Shown: positions 22,226-31,206 of the stretch, one piece after another | How the letters are laid out: each line of letters starts with the position of its first letter | Position numbering within the stretch: position 1 is the first letter of the stretch | Source: Acaryochloridaceae cyanobacterium VAR_48_metabat_390 | GTDB taxonomy: Bacteria; Cyanobacteriota; Cyanobacteriia; Thermosynechococcales; Thermosynechococcaceae | Direction: 5' to 3' | DNA: 64,000 nucleotides | Assembly: GCA_031422435.1 (NCBI GenBank) | Contig: JANPLU010000014.1 | Location: forward strand, 35,929-99,928 | The notes under the pieces: model-generated | Databases searched by the model: none | What the model saw: the letters and a program-made list of their open reading frames with translations, nothing else | What the model was told of the DNA's origin: nothing | Position numbers and translations under genes: made by a program

Positions 22226-22261
22226 ATATTTTCTGGAGAATCATGATTCTCCAGAAAATAT
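22226..22261. repeat. Perfect 36-bp palindrome with no spacer
   Basis: ATATTTTCTGGAGAATCA|TGATTCTCCAGAAAATAT, checked base by base. Confidence 0.95.
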
Positions 22262-22346
22262 GGGTCTTTTTGCTAAGACTATCCCAAATTATCAATCTGT
22301 GTTTATAATACTAACTGGGCTATCGATCCCCCCGTATAGCTCGGTC

Positions 22347-22455
22347 AAGTCCTCGAAACGGCAACTTGTCTTGAAAAAGCAAGGCGCAAATTAGTAGACC
22401 TAATCCTTTGCCGTTAGGCATTGAGGCAAGGACGCTACTAATACCGAAAGGACTT
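22347..22455 (+). ncRNA. c-di-GMP-I (GEMM) riboswitch aptamer
   Basis: P1 is AAGTCCTCG/CG..AGGACTT. P2 is GGCAAC-TTG.CTT-GAAA-AAGCAA-GGCGCAAA with a GAAA tetraloop. P3 is TTAGTAG/CTACTAA containing the CCTAA receptor. The 3' junction is TACCG. The layout matches the Vc2-type consensus. Confidence 0.8.
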
Positions 22456-22623
22456 TCTTTCAGAACTTGACCCGATGGCTGAAAGTATTGGTGCTGCTAC
22501 GCTCTCTACAAACTTCGCTGAATCTTAATAGATTCAATGCTGCACCTCAAAATAAGCCAACCTCAACATATTTTGATGGGTGACCTAAGCGTTACTCTAT
22601 TTATCCATACATATATTTCTTGG

Positions 22624-23550
22624 CTATAGTAAAGCCGTTTCTTGAAGTACACGCTTTCCTTCAGTCTGTAGATATTTAAAAAATGTCTGAGCAACCACCG
22701 ATAGATGTTTTCCCTTAGGGTGAACAATATGCCAATGCCTTGGAATCGGAAACCCTTCAACATTTAAGATTGCAATTTGTCCTGTCTGGCCTTCTAATGC
22801 CATACAGTGCCGCGATAGCACTGAAATACCCAGACCGCCAGCCACCGCCTGTTTAATAGCTTCATTGCTGCCTAGTTCTAAGCGAACCCGAATACTGATA
22901 TTGTGCGCGTCAAAAAGCTGCTCCACAGCCTGTCGTGTCCCAGATCCTGGCTCTCGCATAATGAAAGATTCGTTATTCAGACGCTCTAACGGAATATCCC
23001 CCGTTCCCGCAAGGGGATGATGACGTGACGCAATGACCACAAGCGGGTTCTCTAAAAATGGCTGGCTGAAGACATCCATCATTTCAGGAACCTGACTGGG
23101 GATATAAAGATCATCCAGGTTTTCTTTGAGGCGCTCTAAGATGTTCTCGTGATTGGTTACAATGAGCGCCACGTCTATGCCAGGGTACTGCCGACAAAAA
23201 GGCCCCAACAGCCTGGGGATGACATATTTAGCCGTGGTAACAACGGAGAGCCTAAGTTGCCCTTGTTGAAGTCCCTGAAGGTCTGAGACGGTCATGTCAA
23301 ACTGGTCTAGCCGCTCAAAAATATCTTGACAGGTGCTCAATAGCGCTCGACCTGCTTCTGTGAGGTAGAGGCGCTTGCCTACCTGCTCAAACAGCGGTAG
23401 CCCTACTGCTTTAGTCAACTGCTTCATCTGGATAGAAACGGTTGGCTGGGTTAAAAACAGCTCTTCTGCCGCTCTTGTAAAGCTTCCCCGCCGTGCGGTC
23501 ACTTCAAAGACCTTGAGCTGGTGAAAGGTCACTTGTTTCACTACAACCAT
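22624..23550 (-). CDS. LysR-family regulator, CbbR-like CmpR/NdhR(CcmR) type
   Basis: TFHQLKVFEVTARRGSFTRAAEELFLTQPTVS, REPGSGTR and LGSNEAIKQAVAGGLG. CmpR and NdhR cannot be told apart by eye. Confidence 0.9.
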   Translation of the reverse strand: MVVVKQVTFHQLKVFEVTARRGSFTRAAEELFLTQPTVSIQMKQLTKAVGLPLFEQVGKRLYLTEAGRALLSTCQDIFERLDQFDMTVSDLQGLQQGQLRLSVVTTAKYVIPRLLGPFCRQYPGIDVALIVTNHENILERLKENLDDLYIPSQVPEMMDVFSQPFLENPLVVIASRHHPLAGTGDIPLERLNNESFIMREPGSGTRQAVEQLFDAHNISIRVRLELGSNEAIKQAVAGGLGISVLSRHCMALEGQTGQIAILNVEGFPIPRHWHIVHPKGKHLSVVAQTFFKYLQTEGKRVLQETALL

Positions 23551-23565
23551 TCCTGACTGCGGATA

Positions 23566-23713
23566 TCTATTGATAGATCTCTTACATCAATCCTCGCCCC
23601 CTCATCCCAACCCTTCTCCCATCAGGGGAGAAGGGCTAATTTCGGCTCCCCTCTCCCCTTGTGGGAGAGGGGCTGGGGGTGAGGGTCAAAGTTAGGCAAG
23701 AGGTCTATTGATA
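23566..23713. mobile_element. MITE-like small dispersed repeat element
   Basis: Terminal inverted repeats ATAGATCTCTT (23573-83) and AAGAGGTCTAT (23698-708), one mismatch. Flanking direct repeat TCTATTGATA (23566-75, 23704-13). Internal hairpins CCCTTCTCCC/GGGAGAAGGG and CCCCTCTCCC/GGGAGAGGGG. Confidence 0.7.
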
Positions 23714-23766
23714 AAAATCTAGCACGGCAAGAATAAGCGCTAGCTTTTATCTATGGAAATTTGGGG

Positions 23767-25143
23767 CTATGGAGCTTGAGTAGGTGCATGAGATGCCGCT
23801 CCGACATGGACGGTCTTAACCCAGTTGAATCGCTTGGCACGAATAGACATCCGAGCCGTAACGCTCGCAACCACCACCAGCCAGTGAGACATATACACCG
23901 TTCCGAGGATAGACCCAAACGTGATTTGAGCAAGGTTAAGGGGCTGATTCTGGACTTTGCCAATGCGATTGAGCGCGGCAAACATGCCTACTAAAGAAAG
24001 GCTTGTGGTTAAGAGTGAGAGCGGCAGCAAGACGGGCGGCTGACCATACCAAGCCGCGAGCAGTGTATCTGGAATGACGGCGGTTGGTAAAATGTACTGG
24101 ATCAGCCAAAAAATGACGAGATCTAGGGTTTTACGAAAACCCATGCGGTTGTTGAGGATGAGCGGCCAGTAGTCTAAATAGCGCTGATAGCCACCTTCTG
24201 CCCAGCGATTGCGCTGGTGCCATAGGCCAAGGGTGCGCGTAACCCCTTCTTCTTGGACAAAAGGCGAGACGACGGAGGCGATGTTCCAACCGTCTAGGTG
24301 AAGCCGAAATGTGAGGTCTAGGTCGTCTGTAATGGTGTCTTCGTTCCAGCCACCACAGCGCTCTAGGGCCGTGCGACGCACAAATTGCCCATTGCCCCGC
24401 AGTTCCCCAATGCCGCCGAAAGCGTTTCTGCGCTCATGCAGAAAGGAATCGAACATCATCTCGATGCTTTGGCCTTTGGTCCAAAAGTTGACCTCAGCGT
24501 TGGCGATCGCCTTGCGCACCTGCACCGCGCCCACCTCGACTGGCTCAAAGTAAGGCAGTACCGCCCGCAGCAGATTGTCTGCAACCTGCGCGTCCGCATC
24601 AAAAACGCCAATAAAATCACCCTTTAGCAGCGGCAGAACCTGATTGAGCGCACCTGACTTGCCCCCCTTGGCCTCTGCACCCCGCCGCAGCCAGTGAAAA
24701 TTTGGGTAGCGCTGGGGTAACTCAGCCAGCAGCAGGGGAGTGCGATCGCCGCTGTTGTCATCTACTACCCATAGCTCGTAGCGCGACGCTGGGTAGTCAA
24801 GGGCACAGAGCTTTTCAACCAAGGATGTAATAACGGCTTCTTCATCTTTAGCCGCCACTACCAAAGAAATAAACGGATACGATTCCGGTGGGGAATCTAA
24901 GGAAACAGGGTCTGGAATCGAGACTGGACGAGTGCCAAGCAGCCTCAGGAGATGAACGCCCATTAAAGTTGTGAGGCCAATGGGAACCCAGAACCCTCTA
25001 ACACTCAGATGAAGCGCAAAGACGCTTGCCCACACCGCCACTAGTAGCAAAGCCGCCTTACGCCGCCGACCTTCACTTTTCGGATAATCCTGAAGCCAAT
25101 CAGGGTCACTCGGCCACACACCTTCTTCAGAAACCTTCAGCAC
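23767..25143 (-). CDS. mgdA: GT2 glycosyltransferase, probable monoglucosyldiacylglycerol synthase
   Basis: Motifs GGKSGALN, FDADA, GELRGNGQF, TITDDLDL and QRNRWAEGG, and a C-terminal WVKTVH. Confidence 0.85.
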   Translation of the reverse strand: MLKVSEEGVWPSDPDWLQDYPKSEGRRRKAALLLVAVWASVFALHLSVRGFWVPIGLTTLMGVHLLRLLGTRPVSIPDPVSLDSPPESYPFISLVVAAKDEEAVITSLVEKLCALDYPASRYELWVVDDNSGDRTPLLLAELPQRYPNFHWLRRGAEAKGGKSGALNQVLPLLKGDFIGVFDADAQVADNLLRAVLPYFEPVEVGAVQVRKAIANAEVNFWTKGQSIEMMFDSFLHERRNAFGGIGELRGNGQFVRRTALERCGGWNEDTITDDLDLTFRLHLDGWNIASVVSPFVQEEGVTRTLGLWHQRNRWAEGGYQRYLDYWPLILNNRMGFRKTLDLVIFWLIQYILPTAVIPDTLLAAWYGQPPVLLPLSLLTTSLSLVGMFAALNRIGKVQNQPLNLAQITFGSILGTVYMSHWLVVVASVTARMSIRAKRFNWVKTVHVGAASHAPTQAP

Positions 25144-25544
25144 GAAATAAACCTCTGCCCTTCAGAAATAATGCTTTGGCAAGCCGTCACGCTTAGCATT
25201 GACGGGATTGACGGTCAGTCTGCACCCATTCACTTAATGACTCCCCCTACAACGTTTTATACCCAAGCCAGTCGCAAGAATGACAGGATTAGAAAGATTA
25301 AGGGAAAAATTTAAACAGCAGGTGAGTCTCTTAATCGTTCGAGTCGTTTTGGGAGGCAAAATGGGTTCAATGGTCATAGGGATGGCGCAAAAGCGTCAGC
25401 AATAAAGCCTGAGCTTGCCCTTGTAACACCATACCCTAGATGAGCTAACGCCTAAATGAATTGCTCCACAACCAGACCTTGACTGCTACCCTAGCGGGAA
25501 ACCCAGAGACTCTCAAGCAAACGTTATTTTATAGGAATCATAGA

Positions 25545-25925
25545 ATGGGTCAGCATCTAAGTACACTTCAACCTGCTCCAAGCCGAGATGTGTCGATGTA
25601 TCTTCCCTATTATCAGGGAAACCGAAGAGATACGTTAGCGATCGCCATGTCGCTCTATCAGTTTGGGAACTTCGAGGGAGAGCGCACCATCGAGGGGGGC
25701 ACAAGTATTCCATTCTTAGCAACGTGGAGTGTCCTTCCGCTCCCCGCAGACTTGACCCGATGTCGCCTTCAGTTTAGTGGCGATGCAGATTTAAGCTATG
25801 AGGTAACATTGACAAACTTTGAGTTTGTTGGTTTTTTGATTGATGTACTCACAGAATACAAACGCTCTAAAGTCGCAGATTTCTCAAAGTCATTTTATCG
25901 AAAGCTTCTGAAGCTAGAAGATTAA
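25545..25925 (+). CDS. ebsA: Type IV pilus/secretion-associated protein EbsA
   Basis: YLPYYQG...EGERTIEGG.SIPF.ATW...LP.DLT.C pattern. The in-frame ATG at 25545 is preferred over the TTG at 25461. Confidence 0.8.
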   Translation: MGQHLSTLQPAPSRDVSMYLPYYQGNRRDTLAIAMSLYQFGNFEGERTIEGGTSIPFLATWSVLPLPADLTRCRLQFSGDADLSYEVTLTNFEFVGFLIDVLTEYKRSKVADFSKSFYRKLLKLED

Positions 25926-26054
25926 TCCATCAAGGCTTGACCTCAGCAGAATGTGAGACAATTAGCCTATATGAGAACTAATAAAGTTTTCATCTGGGCA
26001 GAGAGGAGACTAGCCTCATGGAATTGAGCTAAAGCTGCTACACTGCACCGTTAA

Positions 26055-27176
26055 GTGTTTTTTAGCGACGAAAGGAGTGAGGGTGTGCCGCATTTGGCAA
26101 AGCATTTGCTGATTGGTTCGCTTGCAGCACACAGTGGAAAATCCGCTGCTGTTTTGGGGCTGAGTCCGCAAATTTTGGATCGGGGCATTGGTTTTGCCTA
26201 TGGCAAACCTTTGAGCATGAATTTAGATCCGGCTGCCGCTGCTTCACTGCCCAGCGTCGATTTAGACGTGCAGTTTATCGTATCAGCGCTCAACTTGACG
26301 CAGCAGCAAATCGTACCTTCTTTTGTGACGGTGAATGGGGCTGATGTTCAAAAACAGCTCCAGACAGGTCATAGGGCATCATCTCCAGGACTAAATTACG
26401 GTTTAGAGAAAGACTATAACCTTGTGCTGTTTGAAGGTCCCAGCAATTTGGCGGAAGGACAGCTCTTTGGATTTTCACTTTTGCAGCAGGCTGAGCAGCT
26501 AGAGGCTACGGTTTTACTGATGGCACGATGTCAGTCTCTGGCGGTGGTCGATGAGCTGCTGCTGGCTCAAACACATTTGGGCGATCGCCTCGGTGGGGTC
26601 ATTCTCAATGACGTACCCGAAAAGCTGTCAAAGTCTGTGATTGACTTTATTGTGCCGTTTCTGGAGCAGCACAACATTCCGGTCTTTGGGCAAATCCCTA
26701 GCCATCCTTTGCTGCGCAGCATTAGCGTGCGAGAAATGGTGAAGCAGCTTAACGCAGAGGTGCTGTGCTGTGGCGATCGCCTCAACCTAATGGTAGAGCA
26801 GCTCAGCATCGGAGCTATGAACGTGAATTCTGCCCTACGGTACTTCAACCGCGCCAATAATATGGCGGTGGTGACAGGGGGCGATCGCACCGATATTCAG
26901 CTTGCGGCGCTAGAGTCTTCGACGAACTGCCTCATTTTGACAGGCCACTTTTCGCCCAACGCTATTGTGCTAAATCGCGCAGAAGACCTAGAGGTTCCGG
27001 TGCTGTCGGTGGACTTAGATACCCTGACCACCGTAGAGCTAGTGGATAAAGCCTTTAGCTCAGCACGCTTTAGCGAAACTATTAAGGTGGACTGCATTCA
27101 AAAGCTGTTTAAGCAGCACGTTGATATTGATCGCTTGCTCAATCAGCTCGAAATCAATCCCGCCCTGCGACTGTGA
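26055..27176 (+). CDS. Phosphotransacetylase-family protein (AAA_26 + DRTGG domains)
   Basis: SGKS P-loop-like motif, IGAM and VTGGDRTDIQLAALE. The start may be slightly downstream. Confidence 0.88.
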   Translation: MFFSDERSEGVPHLAKHLLIGSLAAHSGKSAAVLGLSPQILDRGIGFAYGKPLSMNLDPAAAASLPSVDLDVQFIVSALNLTQQQIVPSFVTVNGADVQKQLQTGHRASSPGLNYGLEKDYNLVLFEGPSNLAEGQLFGFSLLQQAEQLEATVLLMARCQSLAVVDELLLAQTHLGDRLGGVILNDVPEKLSKSVIDFIVPFLEQHNIPVFGQIPSHPLLRSISVREMVKQLNAEVLCCGDRLNLMVEQLSIGAMNVNSALRYFNRANNMAVVTGGDRTDIQLAALESSTNCLILTGHFSPNAIVLNRAEDLEVPVLSVDLDTLTTVELVDKAFSSARFSETIKVDCIQKLFKQHVDIDRLLNQLEINPALRL

Positions 27177-27427
27177 AGAAGCCAAAGTACCCCTTTTTGA
27201 TGGGTTCTAAGTGGACAGCCAAAGAGTCTACCTTTGGGTGGCGACACTTCGAGGTGGTCAGCCGTAAAAATCAAGGGGGCATGGTCTTTGCAGAGCTAGT
27301 GTCTTCGTGCGACCCATCCGTGAGCTTTTGGGTCAATGCCAAAACGCTTTGCGATCGTCAGCTTTGGCATCCGGGCTGGAAATCTTTGGCAGAGCAGGGT
27401 CGCCCACCCCGCGACACAAAAGTGTAA
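27173..27427 (+). CDS. TIGR02450-type Trp-rich small protein
   Basis: GSKWTA...GWRHFEV...W.PGW pattern; overlaps the upstream stop codon. Confidence 0.8.
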   Translation: MKKPKYPFLMGSKWTAKESTFGWRHFEVVSRKNQGGMVFAELVSSCDPSVSFWVNAKTLCDRQLWHPGWKSLAEQGRPPRDTKV

Positions 27428-27438
27428 ATTTATGTAAA
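27421..27438 (-). promoter_or_regulatory. HLR1 (RpaB-binding) direct repeat upstream of the peroxiredoxin gene
   Basis: The minus strand reads TTTACATA-AA-TTTACACT, matching (G/T)TTACA(T/A)(T/A)-N2-(G/T)TTACA(T/A)(T/A) with one mismatch. Confidence 0.6.
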
Positions 27439-27471
27439 CATTAAGTGTACGGTTTTGTAGCGGGGGAAATT

Positions 27472-28023
27472 ATGGCTCGTTTGCAGCGACTGTTACGCTC
27501 TGGTTTAGTGTTGGCAGTGCTTTGCTTAACGCTTTTTCTGTCAGCAGTTCCGGCTTGGGCGATGGGGGGGCAGATGCTGCCGCTCAATGAACCAGCTCCA
27601 GCGTTTACGCTGCCCACCAACGATGGGAAGGGACAGCTTTCTCTGTCTGACCTTCGCGGAAAATGGGTGGTGCTGTACTTTTACCCCAAAGACTTTACTC
27701 CTGGCTGCACGCTAGAAGCCCAGCGATTTCAACGAGATTTAGCGAAATATCAGGCCAAAAATACGCTTGTTGTGGGGGTGAGTGCCGACTCTGTGAATAC
27801 CCATGCTGAGTTTTGCAGCGCTGAAGGGCTTAAGTTTCCGCTGCTGGCGGATGAAGATGGCTCGGTAAGTAAAGCCTATGGATCTTGGATGGGCTATTTG
27901 TCTATGCGCCACACGTTTATTATTGACCCTGACGGCGTACTGCGAGAGCGAATGGTAAAGGTTGCGCCTGCGGTTCATAGTACAGAGGTTTTAGGGCGGC
28001 TTGCTGAATTACAGAGCATTTAG
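27472..28023 (+). CDS. Peroxiredoxin, BCP/PrxQ family, with N-terminal signal peptide
   Basis: VLYFYPKDFTPGCTLEA motif. The ATG at 27472 is preferred. Confidence 0.93.
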   Translation: MARLQRLLRSGLVLAVLCLTLFLSAVPAWAMGGQMLPLNEPAPAFTLPTNDGKGQLSLSDLRGKWVVLYFYPKDFTPGCTLEAQRFQRDLAKYQAKNTLVVGVSADSVNTHAEFCSAEGLKFPLLADEDGSVSKAYGSWMGYLSMRHTFIIDPDGVLRERMVKVAPAVHSTEVLGRLAELQSI

Positions 28024-28068
28024 CGTAGATCAAGCCCCAATGATAAGATGGAGCCATCCCAGTAGGCT

Positions 28069-28142
<74 letters not shown>

Positions 28143-28169
28143 TTAGGCGTTAAAAAGCCTTTAGTAGCG

Positions 28170-29630
28170 TTAGATTAACGCTCCGCTCCAATTCATTTGC
28201 CGCAAGCGAAAGAGGTCAACTTTACCTTGAGCATTGCGGGGAATTGCGTCAGCGACCAGCCAGCGTTTGGGGTGCTTATAGTGGCTTAATCTGGAGTCTA
28301 AATCGTCCTTGAGCTGTTGAGCCTTTGTGCCTAAGTTTAGAGGTACATAAAGCACGGCAACGGCTTCACCCCATTGAGAATCAGGCAACCCCAAGACGTA
28401 AACGTCTTTGACCAGACCCGTTGAATATAACGCCGCTTCTACTTCTTCAGGGAAAATATTTTCACCCCCTGAAATAATTTTTCGGCTGCTGCGGCCTACA
28501 ATGTGCAGATAACTTTGTTCATCAAAATAGCCAAGGTCATCAGTCTTAAATACTGTTTTAGGGCAATAATGCGGGTAGTAACCTTGAAACAGCGATTGAG
28601 CTTTAATCATAATGTTGCCCGTTTGATGCGCTGCCAAAGGCTGTCCAGCAGAATCATAAATTTCAACTTGAGCATGGGGCAACACACAGCCACCATCGAA
28701 GCGCCCCTGTAAGAATGCCTGAGGTTTTAGAGCTACAACCTGAGAAGCCGTCTCCGTCATGCCGTAGGTGAGCGCTAAATTGAGCTGCTGCTGATTTGCT
28801 TGGGCTAGCAGTACAGGCCACGCTGGAGCGCCGCCCAGCAGAATGGTGCGAAAGCTCCGAAGCCAGGAGAGACGATGGGGCTGCTGTAAGAGCCGCTGAA
28901 GCTGAGTAGGAACGAGGGACAGAAAAAAATCCTGTGGCATGTTGTTGCTTTTATGCAAAAAAGTGGCCTGTTCCATACGGCTAGATTCACTCCCATAGAG
29001 ATGAACAAAGGAGATGATGTGTAATCGTCCGTGGGTGAGGAGCGATCGCAGATACTGCATTAGCCCACTGACGTGATACAGCGGCAGTACACAGCAGGAA
29101 TTGACGGCGTCTACCCTAAAAAAGCTTCGGAACCCCTGTACTGAAGCAGTTAACGTTTTCCAAGTATGAATTGCAAACTTAATTTGCCCTGACGATCCGC
29201 CTGTGGGAATCATAATCCAGCCTTTTGCTTGAGCATCAGCAAATTCGGAATTTTGATGCGAAACCAAAATCGGCAGAGTTCCCCAGACCTGATGAGGCTG
29301 TACTGACTCCAGCACCTGCCGCCATTCTTGGATACTCCAGTTTGGATTGCTCAAAAAGATTGGACATTGGGTAATGCAGGCCGCCATAAAGCCTGCCAAA
29401 AACTCAATCGGGTCGGTTTGAGAGATCAGAATGCGAGGGAATTGGTTTTTCGCTGTGAAGGCATTGAGGCGATCGCAGTAACCCCGCGTCAGCTCAATCC
29501 AGCGCACCTGATCTATTCCCAATAAATCAAAGTTTAAGGATTCTTCAAACACCGCTCGTGCTGAATCCGAGGAAAGAGGATTGCTCATCAGTAAAGATGC
29601 ATGAAATACTTTTCCACCAAGAAAAACCAA
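28170..29630 (-). CDS. menE: o-succinylbenzoate--CoA ligase
   Basis: Motifs PTGGSSG, YGMTETASQV, TDDLG and IISGGENIFPEEVE. The start is probably the ATG near 29588. Confidence 0.85.
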   Translation of the reverse strand: MVFLGGKVFHASLLMSNPLSSDSARAVFEESLNFDLLGIDQVRWIELTRGYCDRLNAFTAKNQFPRILISQTDPIEFLAGFMAACITQCPIFLSNPNWSIQEWRQVLESVQPHQVWGTLPILVSHQNSEFADAQAKGWIMIPTGGSSGQIKFAIHTWKTLTASVQGFRSFFRVDAVNSCCVLPLYHVSGLMQYLRSLLTHGRLHIISFVHLYGSESSRMEQATFLHKSNNMPQDFFLSLVPTQLQRLLQQPHRLSWLRSFRTILLGGAPAWPVLLAQANQQQLNLALTYGMTETASQVVALKPQAFLQGRFDGGCVLPHAQVEIYDSAGQPLAAHQTGNIMIKAQSLFQGYYPHYCPKTVFKTDDLGYFDEQSYLHIVGRSSRKIISGGENIFPEEVEAALYSTGLVKDVYVLGLPDSQWGEAVAVLYVPLNLGTKAQQLKDDLDSRLSHYKHPKRWLVADAIPRNAQGKVDLFRLRQMNWSGALI

Positions 29631-29741
29631 GATCTCGGTGTGGTTAAGACGTTGCGCAGGCCTTTAGCTTAGCTGGATTTGAAACCTTTCTGAAACAGGG
29701 ACTTGACATTTCTCTGCTTCGCTTGACCTGTTGCTGATGAA

Positions 29742-30929
29742 CTAGGCTTCATTCGCCTGCTGCCAATAATTGTAGGCACTGTAGGCCATCGTAACCACAC
29801 CCGTCAAAATGGCAGACTCATCTGCTTCAAACTGAGGGTGGTGCAGCGGATGATTGATTTGACCCTTGCGCCCCACCCCTAACCGAAACATGGAGCCTGG
29901 CGCATGTTCTAAAAACAGCGCAAAATCCTCAGCCCCTAAAGACGGCTCCGGCAAAACCGAGACGCGCTCTACGCCCAATGCCTTTTGAGCAGATCGCTCT
30001 AAGAGCTGCGTCAGACGCGGGTCGTTGTGTACCGAAGGCACCCCTCTTTCGTAGTTGAGATGGTAGCGCGCCCCATAGGGCTTACAAATGCCTGCCACAA
30101 TGTCTTCAATCCACTCTGGTAGACGCGCATGGGTTTCAGGATGCAGCGATCGTACGGTTCCCTTCATCACCACCTGATCGGCAATCACATTGGGCGCACG
30201 TCCCCCTAAAATTTGCCCGATGGTTAAGACCACAGGTCGTAATGGGTTTTGGGTGCGGCTAATGGCCTGTTGCAGCGTGGTAATCACCTGTGACGCAATC
30301 CAGATCGCGTCAACGGCCTCGTGGGGTCTAGCACCGTGACCAGATTCGCCCATGATCGTTAGCTCTAAGTTATCGGCGGCGGCGGTTAAAGATCCATAGC
30401 GTACCGCAATGGAACCTGCCGGAATGGAAGGAAAAACATGAACTGAAAGAAATGCATTAATTCCTTCGATTGCACCATCGTCAATCATCCAGCCTGCACC
30501 CTGAGCAATTTCTTCAGCAGGCTGAAACAGAAAGCGGACTGAGCCAGGCAGATGCGATCGCAGCTCTGCCAAAACCATCGCCGTCCCAAGCCCCACGGTG
30601 GTGTGAATATCGTGACCGCAGGCGTGCATCACCCCAGCATTGCGGGAGGCAAATTCTAAGGCCGTGCGCTCTTGAATCGGCAGCGCATCCATATCGGTAC
30701 GGATTGCCAAACGGCGTGGGTCTGTCTCTTGACCTACCAGATCGCCAATCACGCCAGTCTTGCCAATGCCTTCACGCACCTTTAGCCCACAAGATGACAA
30801 AACCCCCGCTACATAAGCAGAGGTTTGATACTCTTGTCCACTCAGCTCAGGATGAAGATGAAGATGACGACGAATTTCAATGAGTCGCGGGGCTAGGCTT
30901 TCGGCTAATTCCTGAATTTGGGACAGCAT
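29742..30929 (-). CDS. M20 family amidohydrolase
   Basis: Motifs RRHLHLHPELS, RTDMDALP, MHACGHD, FQPAEE and GAEDF. Confidence 0.95.
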   Translation of the reverse strand: MLSQIQELAESLAPRLIEIRRHLHLHPELSGQEYQTSAYVAGVLSSCGLKVREGIGKTGVIGDLVGQETDPRRLAIRTDMDALPIQERTALEFASRNAGVMHACGHDIHTTVGLGTAMVLAELRSHLPGSVRFLFQPAEEIAQGAGWMIDDGAIEGINAFLSVHVFPSIPAGSIAVRYGSLTAAADNLELTIMGESGHGARPHEAVDAIWIASQVITTLQQAISRTQNPLRPVVLTIGQILGGRAPNVIADQVVMKGTVRSLHPETHARLPEWIEDIVAGICKPYGARYHLNYERGVPSVHNDPRLTQLLERSAQKALGVERVSVLPEPSLGAEDFALFLEHAPGSMFRLGVGRKGQINHPLHHPQFEADESAILTGVVTMAYSAYNYWQQANEA

Positions 30930-30977
30930 GGGGTCTAAAACTTAGCGAGAGAAAATTGAAATTGAGTTGCACCTTCC

Positions 30978-31004
30978 GTAGGGGCGCAAGGCCTTGCGCC
31001 CCTA
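30978..31004. repeat. GTAG-type REP-like palindrome
   Basis: G-TAGGGGCGCAAGG|CCTTGCGCCCCTA, a perfect 26-bp palindrome beginning with GTAG. Confidence 0.75.
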
Positions 31005-31132
31005 TAAGACGTACCGGATCCCATCAAAATTGACATAACCTCAATATAACGTTTTGTCGCTAAGGGGGCAGACCCGCCGTTTGCCTGTCGGCTCACAATT
31101 CTAGACCGCTTACTACCAAGAACCGCCGTCTC

Positions 31133-31176
31133 GTATCAATCACTACAGATATGGGCTACACCAAGGTCGTTAGTAT
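31133..31176 (+). promoter_or_regulatory. Candidate NtcA-activated promoter
   Basis: GTA-TCAATCAC-TAC (GTA-N8-TAC) at 31133-46 and a TAN3T box TAGTAT at 31171-76. The 24-nt spacer is slightly longer than the canonical 22-23. Confidence 0.55.
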
Positions 31177-31206
31177 ACGACCATAGGTCATTGGAGGCGG
31201 TAGCCC

